Source: Pirellulales bacterium (GTDB taxonomy: Bacteria > Planctomycetota > Planctomycetia > Pirellulales > PALSA-1355). From it: a stretch of 64,000 nt of DNA. This document shows, piece after piece, positions 1 through 11,779 of the stretch. The notes below the pieces were generated by a model. That model worked only from the letters and a program-made list of their open reading frames with translations, was not told where the DNA came from and made no database searches. The stretch's first letter is position 1; each line of letters starts with the position of its first letter. The stretch covers positions 1,472,001-1,536,000 of the forward strand of contig CAVTBU010000005.1 of NCBI GenBank assembly GCA_963733035.1. Reading direction: 5' to 3'. A program made the translations under genes and the position numbers.

Positions 1-2767
1 GCAGCAGCGCCCCGTTGTACGGAATGGCATCGTAGACTTCGAACTTGTAGGCCCACCAGTCGGAGAAGCTCGAGCCGCCGGCACCATGCCTGGCAATGGC
101 GTCGGCCACCTTGTAACCTTCGAGCACGTGCTGAAAGGTGGCGATCTTGACGCCAAAATCATCGCAGGTGCGGATGAGCGCCAGGATCTCGTCACCCCGA
201 TACGAGTGGCAGTGAATCAAACGCTTGCCCTCGACGACTTCGGCCAAGGCTTCCAGTTCCAGATCGATACGCGGAGGAATTCCCACTTTGGTTCGGTTCC
301 ACCGATCCCGCTCCTGGCGGTAGCGACGGGCCGCGTTGAATGCGTCGCGCACGAGTTGTTCGACGCCCATCCGGGATTGTGGATAGCGACCCGTGTTTCC
401 CGCGCCCCAGTTGCTCTGCTTGACGTTCTCGCCCAGGGCAAACTTGATGCCCGGCGGCGCGGCGGCGAATTTCATTTCTTCCGGACCGGCCCCCCAGCGA
501 AACTTCAGCACCTGGTTTTGGCCGCCAATCGTGTTGGCCGAGCCATGCAGGATATTCGATGCCGTAACGCCACCGGCCAGTTGCCGATAGATATTGATAT
601 CGTTGGGATCGATGAAGTCGCCGATCCGGACCTCGGCGGTGATAGTCTGCCCCGATTCGTTGACGCCGCCGTCGGTGGCAATGTGCGAATGACAGTCGAT
701 GATGCCCGGCGAGAGGTGCTTGCCAGACGCGTCGACGACCAACGCTCCGTCCGGCACTTCCAGATTCGCACCGACAGCGTTGATCTTGCCGGATTCGACG
801 ATGAGATCGGCCTTTTCCAAGCGTCCTTGTGGACCGCAGGTCCAAATGGTGGCTCCGCGAAATAGGACGAGTTTGGGCTGCTCCGGCGGCGCGGCACGTC
901 CGAAGGCTCCTAAGGGAAAGTTGACTGGGCTGATGGCATGCTTCGGTTGGTCAGGCTCGGACTTTGCGTCCTCGTTGTCGTTCTTTTCGTCCTCTTTGTC
1001 GGGGTGAGCTTTAGCTTTGTCCGCGTCCTTCTGATCGTCATCGTCGCCGGCCGGCGAGGGCTTCTCATCCTCTTCTTTGTCAGGATCCTCATCCTGGCCT
1101 GCCTTTTCCTCTTCGGGCTTCGGTCCCGCCGTGCGTTTGGCAGTCAGATCGCTTCGCTTGCCGTCGGCCCAGACGATCGTTCCAAGTGCTGTTAATTCTG
1201 CATCGGCAGCTTCAGCGTCGGACGCGGCGACTGTCGCGCTGAGTTGCACGATGCCGTCGTGGCCGAGCGGCTCGCCTTTAAAGGCGGCGGTCAACTGCCA
1301 ACCAGTTAGCTCCGGCGCAATCAGTTTCGACGATTTCTCGCCGCGGCTTGCCTTGCCCGACAGCTTCGTCGCTCGGCCCGAGATTTCGAGCGTGAACGAC
1401 TCGCGACTGCCGTCGGGTTTCGAGACGTCGACATTCCAAGTTCCGCGCACGTCAACTTCGGGCTTGCTGGTGATTTCGTAGCGCGCGCCGTCCACCCACG
1501 TTTCGAGCACCTTGGTTTTGCCGTCGAACAGCGGACCGTCGGTGACGACGACGTTGGCGGCCTTCCCTGCTTCGAGCGTGCCCAAGCGGTCGCTCGCGCC
1601 GTAAAGTTCGGCCGGCGTGACGGTCAGCGCCGTCAAGGCCGACTTTTCATCCAAGCCGCGCTTCACGGCCTTGCGTACCGCCGACAGAAACTTGCCCGGA
1701 TCGCTCAGACCTTGCGACGCGAGCGCGATCTTGATGCCCGCCGCGGCCAAGCGCCCCGGATTTTCGGGCGCCAAATCCCAATGCATCAGACGTTCGAGCG
1801 GGACATTCATCGCCGCCTCGGGCGTGGCCACGTTTGGCGGTTTTGGGAAGTTGAGCGGCACGATGATCGGCCGGCCGGTGGCTTTCACCTCCTCCAAACG
1901 GCGATACTCGCTGCCCGAGCCTCGCACGATTACGTTCAATTCGAACTCATCGCCAAGTCGATCAGCACGTAGAAAGTAGAGCTCGTCCCCCGCATCGACC
2001 ACCACCGGCGGCGTACGACCCAGGAATTTTCCGAGCACCGCGAGGGCGTCACTGCGCTCGGGTCGCTCCAATTCCGGATGCCGTGCAAAGATTTCCCACG
2101 CCTGGCCATACCAACCGGCATCGTAGAACGCCTGCCGCACGAGCGTCAGCGCACCCATCGGAGAACGCGGGTAGCCGCGAGACCCGCGACTGGTCAACTT
2201 CAAATGTAGCGCGACGGGCTCGCGAAGAATCACTTCCTGCCCGGAGCCGTCCGCCGTGCTCACCAGCGCGCTGGTTCCCTTGATGATTCCCGCCGATGGC
2301 GCAACAAGCCGAACGGCGACACCCTGACCGCGAAACTTCTTGTTCGTGCTGGAGTCGGCTGCATACAGCCTGGCCGCGGAGACTTGCGGGACCACGTTCG
2401 CGTTCCAGTAGCCGGCTCCGGCGCCGTCTTTCACGCCGGATCGAGAATCGTCGCTTGAGAGCTCGCCCATGGCGTCGATCAAGCCAGGATAGAGCGTCTT
2501 GCCGTTCATGTTCCAAACGCGGGCGTCGGCCGGCGTTTCGACCTTCTCGCCGGCGGCCTCGATGACGCCGTCGCGGACGACGAGCGTGCCTTTTTCGATT
2601 GTCACGTCCGGCGATACCACGATCTTGGCATCCACCAGCGCATGCACGTCGTGCGAGCTTTCGCGCAGACCGGGCGCGGGGGCCGTGCGAGGCTCGGCCA
2701 GGGCAAAGTCAAATGCCGTCGCCAGCACGAAGACGAATAGGCCAGCTATCAGTTGACGAATGTTCAT
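1..2767 (-). CDS. Secreted double-domain amidohydrolase family protein (3' end runs off the window)
   Basis: ATG at 2767, signal peptide MNIRQLIAGLFVFVLATAFDFALA, motifs GKTLYPGLIDA, GTLEAGKAANVVV, PGIIDCHSH and YKFEVYDAIPYNGALL in the same frame at the window edge; acidic D/E/K-rich linker at ~950-1110. Absent from the ORF track because it has no stop codon in the window. Confidence 0.85.
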   Translation of the reverse strand, partial: MNIRQLIAGLFVFVLATAFDFALAEPRTAPAPGLRESSHDVHALVDAKIVVSPDVTIEKGTLVVRDGVIEAAGEKVETPADARVWNMNGKTLYPGLIDAMGELSSDDSRSGVKDGAGAGYWNANVVPQVSAARLYAADSSTNKKFRGQGVAVRLVAPSAGIIKGTSALVSTADGSGQEVILREPVALHLKLTSRGSRGYPRSPMGALTLVRQAFYDAGWYGQAWEIFARHPELERPERSDALAVLGKFLGRTPPVVVDAGDELYFLRADRLGDEFELNVIVRGSGSEYRRLEEVKATGRPIIVPLNFPKPPNVATPEAAMNVPLERLMHWDLAPENPGRLAAAGIKIALASQGLSDPGKFLSAVRKAVKRGLDEKSALTALTVTPAELYGASDRLGTLEAGKAANVVVTDGPLFDGKTKVLETWVDGARYEITSKPEVDVRGTWNVDVSKPDGSRESFTLEISGRATKLSGKASRGEKSSKLIAPELTGWQLTAAFKGEPLGHDGIVQLSATVAASDAEAADAELTALGTIVWADGKRSDLTAKRTAGPKPEEEKAGQDEDPDKEEDEKPSPAGDDDDQKDADKAKAHPDKEDEKNDNEDAKSEPDQPKHAISPVNFPLGAFGRAAPPEQPKLVLFRGATIWTCGPQGRLEKADLIVESGKINAVGANLEVPDGALVVDASGKHLSPGIIDCHSHIATDGGVNESGQTITAEVRIGDFIDPNDINIYRQLAGGVTASNILHGSANTIGGQNQVLKFRWGAGPEEMKFAAAPPGIKFALGENVKQSNWGAGNTGRYPQSRMGVEQLVRDAFNAARRYRQERDRWNRTKVGIPPRIDLELEALAEVVEGKRLIHCHSYRGDEILALIRTCDDFGVKIATFQHVLEGYKVADAIARHGAGGSSFSDWWAYKFEVYDAIPYNGALL

Positions 2768-3043
2768 GGCAGTCCTGCGTACAAATGCCGGCGGTACTGT
2801 CGAAATTGACGGGAGGATCCGAGGGTCGGGAATCGCAATCGTTCGCAGCGATTGAGAATAGTCGACCCACGCGCGCGGTGCCAGCATTTGGACTCGCCTG
2901 GCGAGGAATTGGCGGCGGCCGATGCGTGTGCCACGGCTCGTGGAAATCCGCCTTGAACCTACCGGGAGAAGCCTTATACTCCGGCCCCCTCGCAACCTGC
3001 ATGCACGTCTCGCATGCGAGCACAGTTCAGCAAGGAGGCTGAC

Positions 3044-5225
3044 GTGAAGCCAAGCTTGATCCGCGTGTCTTGTTTCTGCTGGTGCCTGGTCTACTTGTTG
3101 GCAGCTCCGGCCATGGCGGATAGCCCGGCGGAGGTTCAGCCAAACGCGCCTCGCGCCGCCTCCAGCGAATCCTCGGCCGCCGACCAGCCGGCAGAATTAA
3201 AATTGGTGTCGGGCGAAGGACCCGCGTCCGCTGGCAATGGCCAGACTCCGGCCAATCCGACCGCCAAGCAACTGCCGTCCGACGCGGAACGTATTGCGCG
3301 ACTCGAACGGTCGATCGAAGCGGACCAGAATCGCCTGCGTGAGTTGCGCACCAACCTGAACTCCCCCGACGGAGAATATGCCCAAGCGGAGCAAGCATTC
3401 AAGGATCTCGATAGCCAGCGCAACGATGTCCGGAAACGCCTGGCCGCGGCGCAAGAGGCCGGTAAGGCCGATGAGGTGACACAACTGCAAGCCGAACTGG
3501 ACTCGCTCGAAAAGAAGTGGGCATTGGCCAAGGAGCGATTCGATTTGGCCATCAGCGAGCGGAAAGCCGGCCAGGAAAATGCGACCACGCTCGAACACAA
3601 GTTGCAGAGTGATCGTGAAACGTTGGAGAAATTGGCTGGCGTCACCGAGCCCGAAAAACTTGCGCCCGCTGCTGCGGCGCCCGCTCCGCAGGCGGCTACG
3701 GCCCCCGCGGAAACGCCCCCGGCCGCGACTCCCGTGCCCGCTCCAGCGGTGCCAGCCGCTTCTCCTCCGGAGCCTGTTGCCACGGCACCGGTGGCAACGC
3801 TGCCGACCATGGCACCGCTCGCGACGGCACCGACATCAGCCCCCGCCAGTATCGCGGCGCCCTCGGCCGCGGTCTCGAAAAAACGGGCCGAAGAACTGGA
3901 GGCGGCCAGCAAAGCGGCGGAAGAAAGCCGCCTCGCGGCCGCGGCAGCAGAAGCCGAGGCCCGCACGATTGCCGAGCGGATTGCAATCCTTAACAAGGAC
4001 ATCGAACAACAGCGCGTGTTGCGCGAGACCGCCCGTAAGAAGGTCGAAAACGCCGATCAAACACTGAAGGGGCTCAACGAAGAGCTTTTCCGCAAATTGA
4101 TGGCGGGGGAGAAGATCGACGGGCTCAAGCAGCAGATCGAGGAGACCACGTCGCGGTTGCTTGACAGTCGCGATCGCTCGCGCGAGATCAATACGCACCT
4201 TGATCAACTCCAATCGACCCTGGTCCTGCTTCAGGAGGATCAGCTGAATGCCTCGAAGGAAGCCTTGCGCAAGCGAGAGAACGCCGACCATGACCAACAA
4301 GCACTTGCGGAATTGGAAAACCCGTTCGCCCTTCGCAACGTCTTGCAGTGGCTATCAGATCATGGGCCGAGGATTCTGGCCATCCTGCTGTCGCTGGTGG
4401 CATTGTTGTGGTTGAGTCGGGTGATGGAGGCGCGGCTCGTGGGATTGATTGCGCGTCGTGGACGGCGCGGCAGTCGCGAGGACCGCGAGAATCGAGCCAA
4501 GACGCTGGTGGGGGTGTTCAACAATGTGGCGAACCTGCTGATCATTGGTGGTGGCGTCATTACGGTGCTCGGCGAAATCGGCATTCTGATCACCCCGGTC
4601 ATTGGCGGCGCTGCCGTACTCGGTTTGGCCGTGGCTTTCGGCGCAGAGTCTGATCAAGGATTACTTCACCGGATTCATGGTCCTCTTCGAACAGCAGTAC
4701 CTGATCAACGACGTCATCAAGATTGGCGACATCACCGGACAGGTGGAGCGCATTTCGCTCCGCATGACCGTCTTGCGCGATCTCGAAGGCCGCGTGCACT
4801 TCATTCCGCATGGGCAGATCGAAACCGTTACCAACCTGACACACGGATGGTCGCGGGCCGTGTTCGAAATCGGAGTCGCCTACAAAGAAAGCGTGGACCA
4901 GGTGATCGGCGTGCTCATGAATTTGGCTTCCGAACTGCGGAATGATGAGAGTTATCGTTTCCTGATCCTCGACGACCCCGTGATGTTGGGTGTCGACTCG
5001 CTGGGGAACTCCGCGGTGAACATCAAATTTTACATTCAGACTCGCCCGCTCCAGCAATGGACCGTCAAACGCGAAATGCTCCGCCGCATCAAAAATGAAT
5101 TCGATCGGCTGAATATCGAGATCCCCTTCCCGCACGTGACGGTTTACCACGGCACTCCGCCGCACGGGGCCCAGTCGCACAACGGCGACCAAGGCGAGCA
5201 ATGGGAGCACCGGGACGTGGCTTAA
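3044..5225 (+). CDS. MscS-family mechanosensitive channel with long N-terminal coiled-coil/Pro-Ala region; one frameshift at ~4641-4648
   Basis: RBS AAGGAGG then GTG at 3044. ORF 3014-4945 ends ...GLAVAFG and continues in ORF 4602-5225 as AQSLIKDYFTG...GDITGQVERISLRMT...IEIPFP, which are MscS signatures. The join needs 2 nt restored in GCGC. Confidence 0.85.
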
Positions 5226-5354
5226 CCTGCTTCCCCCCAGATTGCGACCCGACGTTTTGCGGGCATCGCGACGATTGGGTTGTTATAGTAGGTGCCGTGC
5301 CGCGCGAGTTTGTCGTCGCGCGCCGTCGCCGATCCCTACGCGAGATACCGACGC

Positions 5355-6435
5355 ATGCCCCACCGTCGCGAGCTACTCAAACAATTTGGCGCGCTGACCG
5401 CCAGCGCGCTGGCAAGCGGAACCCTGAGCCGCTTTGCCGCCGCCCTGGAAAGCACGGGCCAGCGGATCAAAATCGGCCAGATTGGCGTCGGACACGCCCA
5501 CGCCAGCAAGCTTTCGGCCTTTCGGCAATCGGACGACTACGAAGTCGTCGGCATCGTCGAACCGAATCCGGAATTGCGCAAGAGCCGAGGGCGAGGATGC
5601 GTTTCGCGATCTGCCCTGGATGACTCGCGAACAACTGTTCAACGTGCCCGGTTTGCAAGCGGTGCTCGTGGAAACCGAGGTTCGCGACCTGCTCGATACG
5701 GCCGAAGCGTGCATTGCCGCGGGGAAGCACGTGCACCTCGATAAACCTGCCGGCCAATCGCTACCGCAGTATCGGCGGATTCTCGACGCGGCCGCACGGC
5801 AAAAGCTGCTGGTGCAGATGGGCTACATGTATCGCTACAACCCGGCGGTCGTTCTGCTGCGCGACTTTCTCAAGCAGGGGTGGCTGGGCGAGCCGTTCGA
5901 AGTGCATACCGTGATGAGCAAGGTCATTGCGCCGGACAGCCGCCGCCGGTTGGCCGAATATCCGGGCGGTTTGATGTTCGAACTCGGGTGCCACATTACC
6001 GACCTGGTGATTGGTGTACTGGGTGCCCCGGCGAGCGTCACGCCGTTCAAACAGCATGCCGCCAGCATTGACGACGGCCTGGCGGACAACATGCTGGCCG
6101 TCTACGAGTATCCGCGGGCGATCGCAAGCGTGAAGTCGAGCGCGTTGGAGGTAGAAGGCTTCGCCCGCCGACATTTGGTCGTCTGCGGCACCGAGGGAAC
6201 GTTCCACATTCAGCCGCTTGACAATCCGTCGGCCCGCGTAGCTCTGTCCCAACCGCGTGGTGAGTACACGCGCGGGTATCAGGATATCGAGTTTCCCAAG
6301 TTCACCCGCTACGTTGCCGATGCGGCCGACATGGCTGCGATCATTCGCGGCCAGAAAGCGAGCGATTTCCCTTACGAACATGACTTAAACGTGCAAACCT
6401 CGCTACTCAAAGCCTGCGGTTTGCCGCTGGAGTAA
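5355..6435 (+). CDS. Gfo/Idh/MocA oxidoreductase with Tat-like leader; frameshift at ~5580
   Basis: MPHRRELLK leader and [13 protein letters not shown] in one frame; GKHVHLDKP and ELGCH in the next. The join needs 2 nt restored in AAGAG. Confidence 0.85.
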
Positions 6436-6440
6436 GACAG

Positions 6441-7761
6441 ATGCCCGACCAGACGAGTCGCCGCGAGTTTCTCAAACATTCGTCGCAGATCACCGCCGCC
6501 GTGGCCGCGGTTCAGACGTTAGGCGGTGTCCACACGATGGCCGGGGAAAAGTCGGAAACCGTGCGGCTGGGAATCATCGGCTGCGGCGGCATCATGAACA
6601 TGCATGTCCAAGGCCTGGTCGAGCGCAAAGAGAACGTCTCGATCGCCTGGCTGTGCGACGTCGACCCGCGGCAAATCGAAAAAATCTCGAAGCATACCGC
6701 GGGCTTGCCATCGCCGCGGCGCACGTCGCGATATGAAGACGTGCTGGATGATCCGAACGTCGACGCCTGTATTATTGCCACGCCCCATCACTGGCATGCC
6801 CCGATTGCCGTGGCCGCCATGCAAAACGGCAAGGACGTGTACATCGAAAAGCCGATTTCACACGTCTACAACGAGGGCCCGCTGGTCATCGCCGCCGCCA
6901 AAAAGTATGGCCGCGTCGTCCAGCAGGGAAGCCAAATGCGATCGAGCCCCGTTACCGCCAAGGCGGGCAAACTCTTGCGCGACGGAATTATCGGCGAAGT
7001 GAAAGTCGCCCGGGCTTGGACGGCCGAATTGCGCGACGAGGTGCTGCCGCTGCCGGACGGTCAGCCACCGGCGGGCGTCGACTACGACCGCTGGCTGGGC
7101 CCCGCGCCGGTGCACGCGTTTAATCCCCACCGTTTTCACGGCACCTGGCGGATGTTTCGCGACTACGGCAATGGCGAGATCGGGGACGATGGAATCCACG
7201 ACTTGGACATGGCGGCTTGGGGTCTCGGGGTGGAGACGCTGCCCAAACAAATCACGACTCGCGGCGGGCGGATGATGCTGTTGGAGCATGCCAGCGAGTA
7301 TCCCGACAATCTGAACGTCACGTACGAATATCCCGACGGGCGACTGCTGGTCTACGAAAACTATCCGTTCACGGCGTACGGAATGCACGGGTTTGACAAT
7401 GGCAATGTGTTCTATGGCACCGAAGGGTACATGATCTTTTCGCGGCGCGGCGCCTTCAGCGTATTCCTCGGTCCCAAGTCAAAACCCGGCCCGACCGAAG
7501 GGAAGGAGTTGCGAGGGCAACGCGGCTACGCGGAACACATGGCAGAGTTTCTCGACGCGGTGCGCAAACGCACGCCGACCAGCGCCGCGCCGGAAGTTGC
7601 TCACCGCAGTTGCGCTGGTGCACTTGGGCGAAATTGCCTACCTGACACGTGGACGAATCGACTTCGATCCGGCGACCGAGCGATTCGTCGAATGCCCGGA
7701 GGCGGACGCGCTGCTCACCAAGGCGTATCGCTCACCGTACGGGCTGCCCGCGCTCAGTTAA
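6441..7761 (+). CDS. Gfo/Idh/MocA oxidoreductase with Tat leader; frameshift at ~7612
   Basis: SRREFLK, GIIGCGG, ATPHHWH, KDVYIEKP and DYDRWLGPAP motifs. After the shift it reads ALVHLGEIAY...FDPATERF...YRSPYGLPALS, with TAA at 7759-7761. Confidence 0.88.
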
Positions 7762-7884
7762 CGACGAGCTCCCCACAACCGGTTCAACCGGTGTCTGCGG
7801 CGCCGAATTGGATTGGCGAATTTCGGCCTTGTCGTAACATTTGATGCCGGTGGTATTTGCGTATTGCTGATACGAGCGAAAAGT

Positions 7885-7913
7885 TTGACAGCCCCCCTTT
7901 TGTGCCCGATGAT
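7885..7913 (+). promoter_or_regulatory. Putative sigma70 promoter of the nfeD-flotillin operon
   Basis: TTGACA-17 nt-GATGAT, ~90 nt upstream of ATG 8000. Confidence 0.45.
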
Positions 7914-7999
7914 ACCGGTGGATTTTCCTCAAGCTTCGCTCCATGCCGGCGAATGATAGTCAGGAAGCATCGATCTGGTTTCAACGGGGAGCTGTGGTG

Positions 8000-8638
8000 A
8001 TGGGAACCTTGTATTTGTTCTGCGCGATTTTCGGCGGAACCGTGCTCGTCGCGCAGTTCTTTCTGGGCTTCGGCGGCGAGGACCATGGCTCCGAAGGTTC
8101 GGAAGACGCCCCGGATGACGTCGGCGCAATGGACGCCGAGACGGACGGCTGCGACGGTCATCACGACGCCGGACATCACGACTCGACCTGGGTTTTCGGT
8201 GTCCTCACTTTCCGCACGATGTTGATCGGATTGACGTTCTTCGGACTGACTGGCAAGGCCACCGGCGCATCGGGCTTTGATCCACCTCAAACGCTGCTGA
8301 TTGCCCTGGGTTGCGGCTTGGCTGCGATGTATGGCGTGTACTTTCTGATGCGCGGTCTCTATAAGCTGACGGCCGAAGGTACCGAGAGAATCGCTCGGGC
8401 GATCGGAGAAGAAGCTACAGTTTATCTGGCAATTCCCGGCGGCAACCAGGGCGTCGGCAAAGTGCACATGGTCGTGCAAAACCGCACGATGGAATACGAG
8501 GCCACGACCGTGGGACAGCGTCTGCCGACCGGCACGCGTGTGGTGGTCGTGGGAGTGTTGGGCTCCGACCGCGTGGAAGTTGAGCCGATTGTCGAACCGA
8601 CCAATATTACCGAACCCGCAAGGAACTCCAATGTTTAG
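8000..8638 (+). CDS. NfeD-like membrane protein (short form)
   Basis: Three hydrophobic segments with an Asp/His-rich loop; C-terminal OB-fold-like IGEEATVYLAIPG...GKV...LPTGTRVVV; overlaps the flotillin start. Confidence 0.85.
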   Translation: MGTLYLFCAIFGGTVLVAQFFLGFGGEDHGSEGSEDAPDDVGAMDAETDGCDGHHDAGHHDSTWVFGVLTFRTMLIGLTFFGLTGKATGASGFDPPQTLLIALGCGLAAMYGVYFLMRGLYKLTAEGTERIARAIGEEATVYLAIPGGNQGVGKVHMVVQNRTMEYEATTVGQRLPTGTRVVVVGVLGSDRVEVEPIVEPTNITEPARNSNV

Positions 8639-10277
8639 CTTGTCGCTATTAGCGGCCGTGTCGGACCTGAGTGAAGCCATGATCTGGTGGGGCGCCACGA
8701 TCGTCGTGGCAGCGCTGATCCTGGTGAGCGTGCTGAGGTTTCTGACGACGCGCTACAAACGTTGTCCGAGCAACCGCGTGCTGGTGATTTACGGCCGCGT
8801 CGGTGGCGGCAATACGGCGCGTTGCGTCCATGGCGGCGCGAAGTTCGTCTGGCCGCTGTTTCAGGATTACAGCTACCTTAGCCTGGAGCCGATTCAAATC
8901 GAGATTCCGCTGCGCAGCGCGCTGTCGATCGAAAACATTCGCGTCAACGTGCCCAGCGTGTTCACCGTGGCGATCGGCACGAGCCCCGAGGTGATGCAGA
9001 ACGCGGCGATCCGTCTGCTGGGTTTGAATTTTCAGCAGGTTCGCAGCCAGGCCGAGGAAATCATCTTCGGCCAGTTGCGTCAAGTGATCGCGTCGATGCG
9101 GATCGAGGACATCAACCGCGACCGCGATACCTTCCTGGAACACGTCCAGCGCTCGCTCGAGCCGGAGCTCAAGAAAGTCGGCCTGGTGCTGATCAACGTC
9201 AACATCACGGACATCACGGACGAGGCAGGGTATATCGACGCCATCGGCCAGAAGGCGGCCAGCCAGGCAATTCAGCAGGCCCGCGGCGACGTGGCCGACG
9301 AAGAGCGACAAGGTGAAACGCGCGTGGCCGAAGCTGAGCGCGATCGCATGATCCAGGTCGCCAATGCCAACAAGCTGCGCGATATCGGCACCCGCGAGGC
9401 CCAGCGCGAGCAGGCCGTGCGTTTGGCCGAACTCGAAAAGGAACAAAGGATTGGCGAACAAACTGCCGGGTTCCAACGCGACGCCGATATCAAGAACGCG
9501 GAACAATTGATGCGTATCAAGTTGGCCGATGCCGAGGCCAAGGCCATCGATGGCGAAAACCAGGCCCAGGGCCTGGTCGCCAATTCGAACGCGCAACTTC
9601 TTGTCAAAAAGGCCGAAGCCTACGAAATCGGCGAGAAGCGGAAGCGCGAAGCCGAAGCTGCCGTGCTCGAAGCGCAAAACCGCGCCATGGCCAAAGCCGC
9701 GCTCGCCGATGCCGAACGACGCGAGGCCGAGCAACGGGCCGAACTGGAAGCCCCGGCCAAGGCCCAAAAAGCACGGGTCATCGTCGAAGCCCAAGCCGAA
9801 GCGGAAAAGCGGCGTGTCGAGGCCGAAGGTCAGGCCTCGGCCATCTTCGCCAAACTCGAAGCCGAAGCCCGCGGTCAGTATGAAATCCTGGCCAAGAAGG
9901 GCGAGGGTCTGAAGCAGATCATTGACGCCTGCGGCGGCGCGGAGCAAGCATTCCAACTATTGATGCTCGAGCATCTCGACAACCTGGCCGAAGCGTCGGC
10001 CAAGGCCATCTCGAATATCAAGTTCGACAAGGTCATCGTCTGGGAAAACGGCGGGCAGAACGGCAAGAGCAACACCGCCAGCTTCCTGCAAAACATCGCC
10101 GGCTCATTGCCACCAATGATGAACGTGCTGAAGGACATCGGCGGCGTCGAGCTGCCCGAAGCGCTCATCAAACTGGGCGGCGACAATTCCGCCAAGGCCG
10201 GGGCCTCGAACGGCGCCGCGGAAAAAGTGCCCAGTGGTCCCAGTTCGCCGGAGGCCGGCCCGCCGCCGCGCGCATAG
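8631..10277 (+). CDS. Flotillin (SPFH/band 7) family protein
   Basis: N-terminal TM, RYKRCPSNRVLVIYG, GQLRQVIASMRIEDINRDR and an AEAE-rich coiled coil; AGGA upstream of ATG 8631. Confidence 0.93.
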   Translation: MFSLSLLAAVSDLSEAMIWWGATIVVAALILVSVLRFLTTRYKRCPSNRVLVIYGRVGGGNTARCVHGGAKFVWPLFQDYSYLSLEPIQIEIPLRSALSIENIRVNVPSVFTVAIGTSPEVMQNAAIRLLGLNFQQVRSQAEEIIFGQLRQVIASMRIEDINRDRDTFLEHVQRSLEPELKKVGLVLINVNITDITDEAGYIDAIGQKAASQAIQQARGDVADEERQGETRVAEAERDRMIQVANANKLRDIGTREAQREQAVRLAELEKEQRIGEQTAGFQRDADIKNAEQLMRIKLADAEAKAIDGENQAQGLVANSNAQLLVKKAEAYEIGEKRKREAEAAVLEAQNRAMAKAALADAERREAEQRAELEAPAKAQKARVIVEAQAEAEKRRVEAEGQASAIFAKLEAEARGQYEILAKKGEGLKQIIDACGGAEQAFQLLMLEHLDNLAEASAKAISNIKFDKVIVWENGGQNGKSNTASFLQNIAGSLPPMMNVLKDIGGVELPEALIKLGGDNSAKAGASNGAAEKVPSGPSSPEAGPPPRA

Positions 10278-10314
10278 CGGCAGTTCAACTCGCGAGGGCC
10301 GCTTTTCCCTCGGC

Positions 10315-11625
10315 TCAAGCTCCCTGCGGCGTGCCCCAATGGCTGCGATATTGGCGGCGCACCAGGGCGTCGGCCTCGGGATCGTTGACAATCTTCTCGG
10401 CTTGCGGATCGAACTCGAGCGATCGGCCTAGTCGCGTGGCGATGTTGCCCAAATGGCAAAGCGACGTCGAGAGATGGCCCGTTAGCGCGTCGGCGTTCGG
10501 GCGCCCATCGCCACGTATCGCATCGCAGAAGTTCTTGACGTGGGCCACGTCGTTCTGAGCCCCCGGCTGAACGGCAATCTCTGCCCGCCGGTTGCGATCG
10601 TCGAACAGTTCGATCTTTCCGCGCCGGCTTAAAAAAAGCTGACCCTTGCTGCCGTAGAATTCGGCACCGCTGTCGCAATTGTGCGGGTAATTCTTCGACC
10701 ACAGTCGCTGCTCATAGACAAGCATCTTGGGGCGACCGCCGCTGGGATCGGGGTATTCGAACGCGACCTGCTGCGTGTCGGGAAACTCGTGATCGTCGTC
10801 CCACACGAACTTGCCGCCGATGGCCGAAACTTTTGCCGGGTGCACGTCGACGCCCAAACCCCAGCGCGTGTAGTCGATGTCGTGCACGCCGTCGTTGCCC
10901 ATGTCGCCGGTGCCAAAGTGGTACCACCAGGTCCAGCGGTCGTGGACGCGATTGGTCCGGTACGGAATCATGGTCGCCGGGCCAACCCAGTTTTCGTAAT
11001 CAAGCCCGGCCGGTGGTTCGACGTTCTGACCGTGGCCAATCGAACCTCGCCGCTGCACGTTCCAGCACTTGGCCACCAGCACGTCGCCAATCAGGCCGTC
11101 GCGCAGCAGCTGCACGGCTTCGATCATCATCGGCGTGCTCCGGTTTTGCGTGCCGTGTTGCACGTGCGTCTTATTGCGGGTGGAAGCCTCGACCAGCAGT
11201 CGGCCTTCGCGAATGTTGTGCGAAATGGGCTTTTCCACGTAAACGTGTTTGCCGGCATTGCAGGCCAGGATCGAAGCGGGTGAATGCCAATGGTCGGGCG
11301 TGGCAATCACGACCGCATCGACGGATTTGTCGTCGAGAATTCGGCGCAAATCGCCGACCGCATGCGACGCGTCGACACTTAGGTTTTCGGCCGCCTTACC
11401 CAGTCGTTGCTCGTCGACGTCGGACACATAAGCGAGCCGAACGTTGGGTGTGTTTTGAAACAAACCCGCATCGTGCACGCCGCGTCCTCCGCAACCGATC
11501 AGGCCCACCACCAGCGTGTCATTTGCGGAGGCAGCGCGCGAAGTCCGCGCGGCAACGAGGGTCGATGCGCTGAGCGCGGCGGAAGAAGCGGCCAAAAACC
11601 GCCGGCGCGTCGTGTCCTGGTTCAT
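10315..11625 (-). CDS. Gfo/Idh/MocA oxidoreductase with Tat leader
   Basis: TTRRRFL, GLIGCGGRG, ATPDHWH, GKHVYVEKP and NDGVHDID motifs; RBS AGGAGG before ATG 11625. Confidence 0.92.
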   Translation of the reverse strand: MNQDTTRRRFLAASSAALSASTLVAARTSRAASANDTLVVGLIGCGGRGVHDAGLFQNTPNVRLAYVSDVDEQRLGKAAENLSVDASHAVGDLRRILDDKSVDAVVIATPDHWHSPASILACNAGKHVYVEKPISHNIREGRLLVEASTRNKTHVQHGTQNRSTPMMIEAVQLLRDGLIGDVLVAKCWNVQRRGSIGHGQNVEPPAGLDYENWVGPATMIPYRTNRVHDRWTWWYHFGTGDMGNDGVHDIDYTRWGLGVDVHPAKVSAIGGKFVWDDDHEFPDTQQVAFEYPDPSGGRPKMLVYEQRLWSKNYPHNCDSGAEFYGSKGQLFLSRRGKIELFDDRNRRAEIAVQPGAQNDVAHVKNFCDAIRGDGRPNADALTGHLSTSLCHLGNIATRLGRSLEFDPQAEKIVNDPEADALVRRQYRSHWGTPQGA

Positions 11626-11779
11626 CAGAGCGTCCTCCTGCTGCGGGAATATAGGGGGGTATTGAGCCAGCGCGATGCTCAATCGATAGCGACTTCCGCA
11701 TTCTAGTCGCGGCCGAAGTAAGGTGCAAAGAACCTTCGCGGAAGCGTCGCAGCGGGCGATGCCGCCGCCACAATCGCCG

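Noticed and set aside
86..2756. Listed ORFs in 86-2756 and other long antisense ORFs (e.g. 8649-9956, 16228-17337, 41347-42342)
   Set aside because: Shadow frames of real GC-rich genes on the opposite strand or in another frame; they contain no motifs.
4641..7616. Frameshifts in mscS and two oxidoreductases as programmed frameshifting or pseudogenes
   Set aside because: All three are 2-nt contractions in dinucleotide runs (GCGC, AGAG, GCGC) within otherwise intact genes, which is typical of sequencing error.
11751..11759. AGCGGGCGA as a third tRNA-Gly scar
   Set aside because: Only 9 nt match, with no T-loop or associated hairpin; expected by chance.
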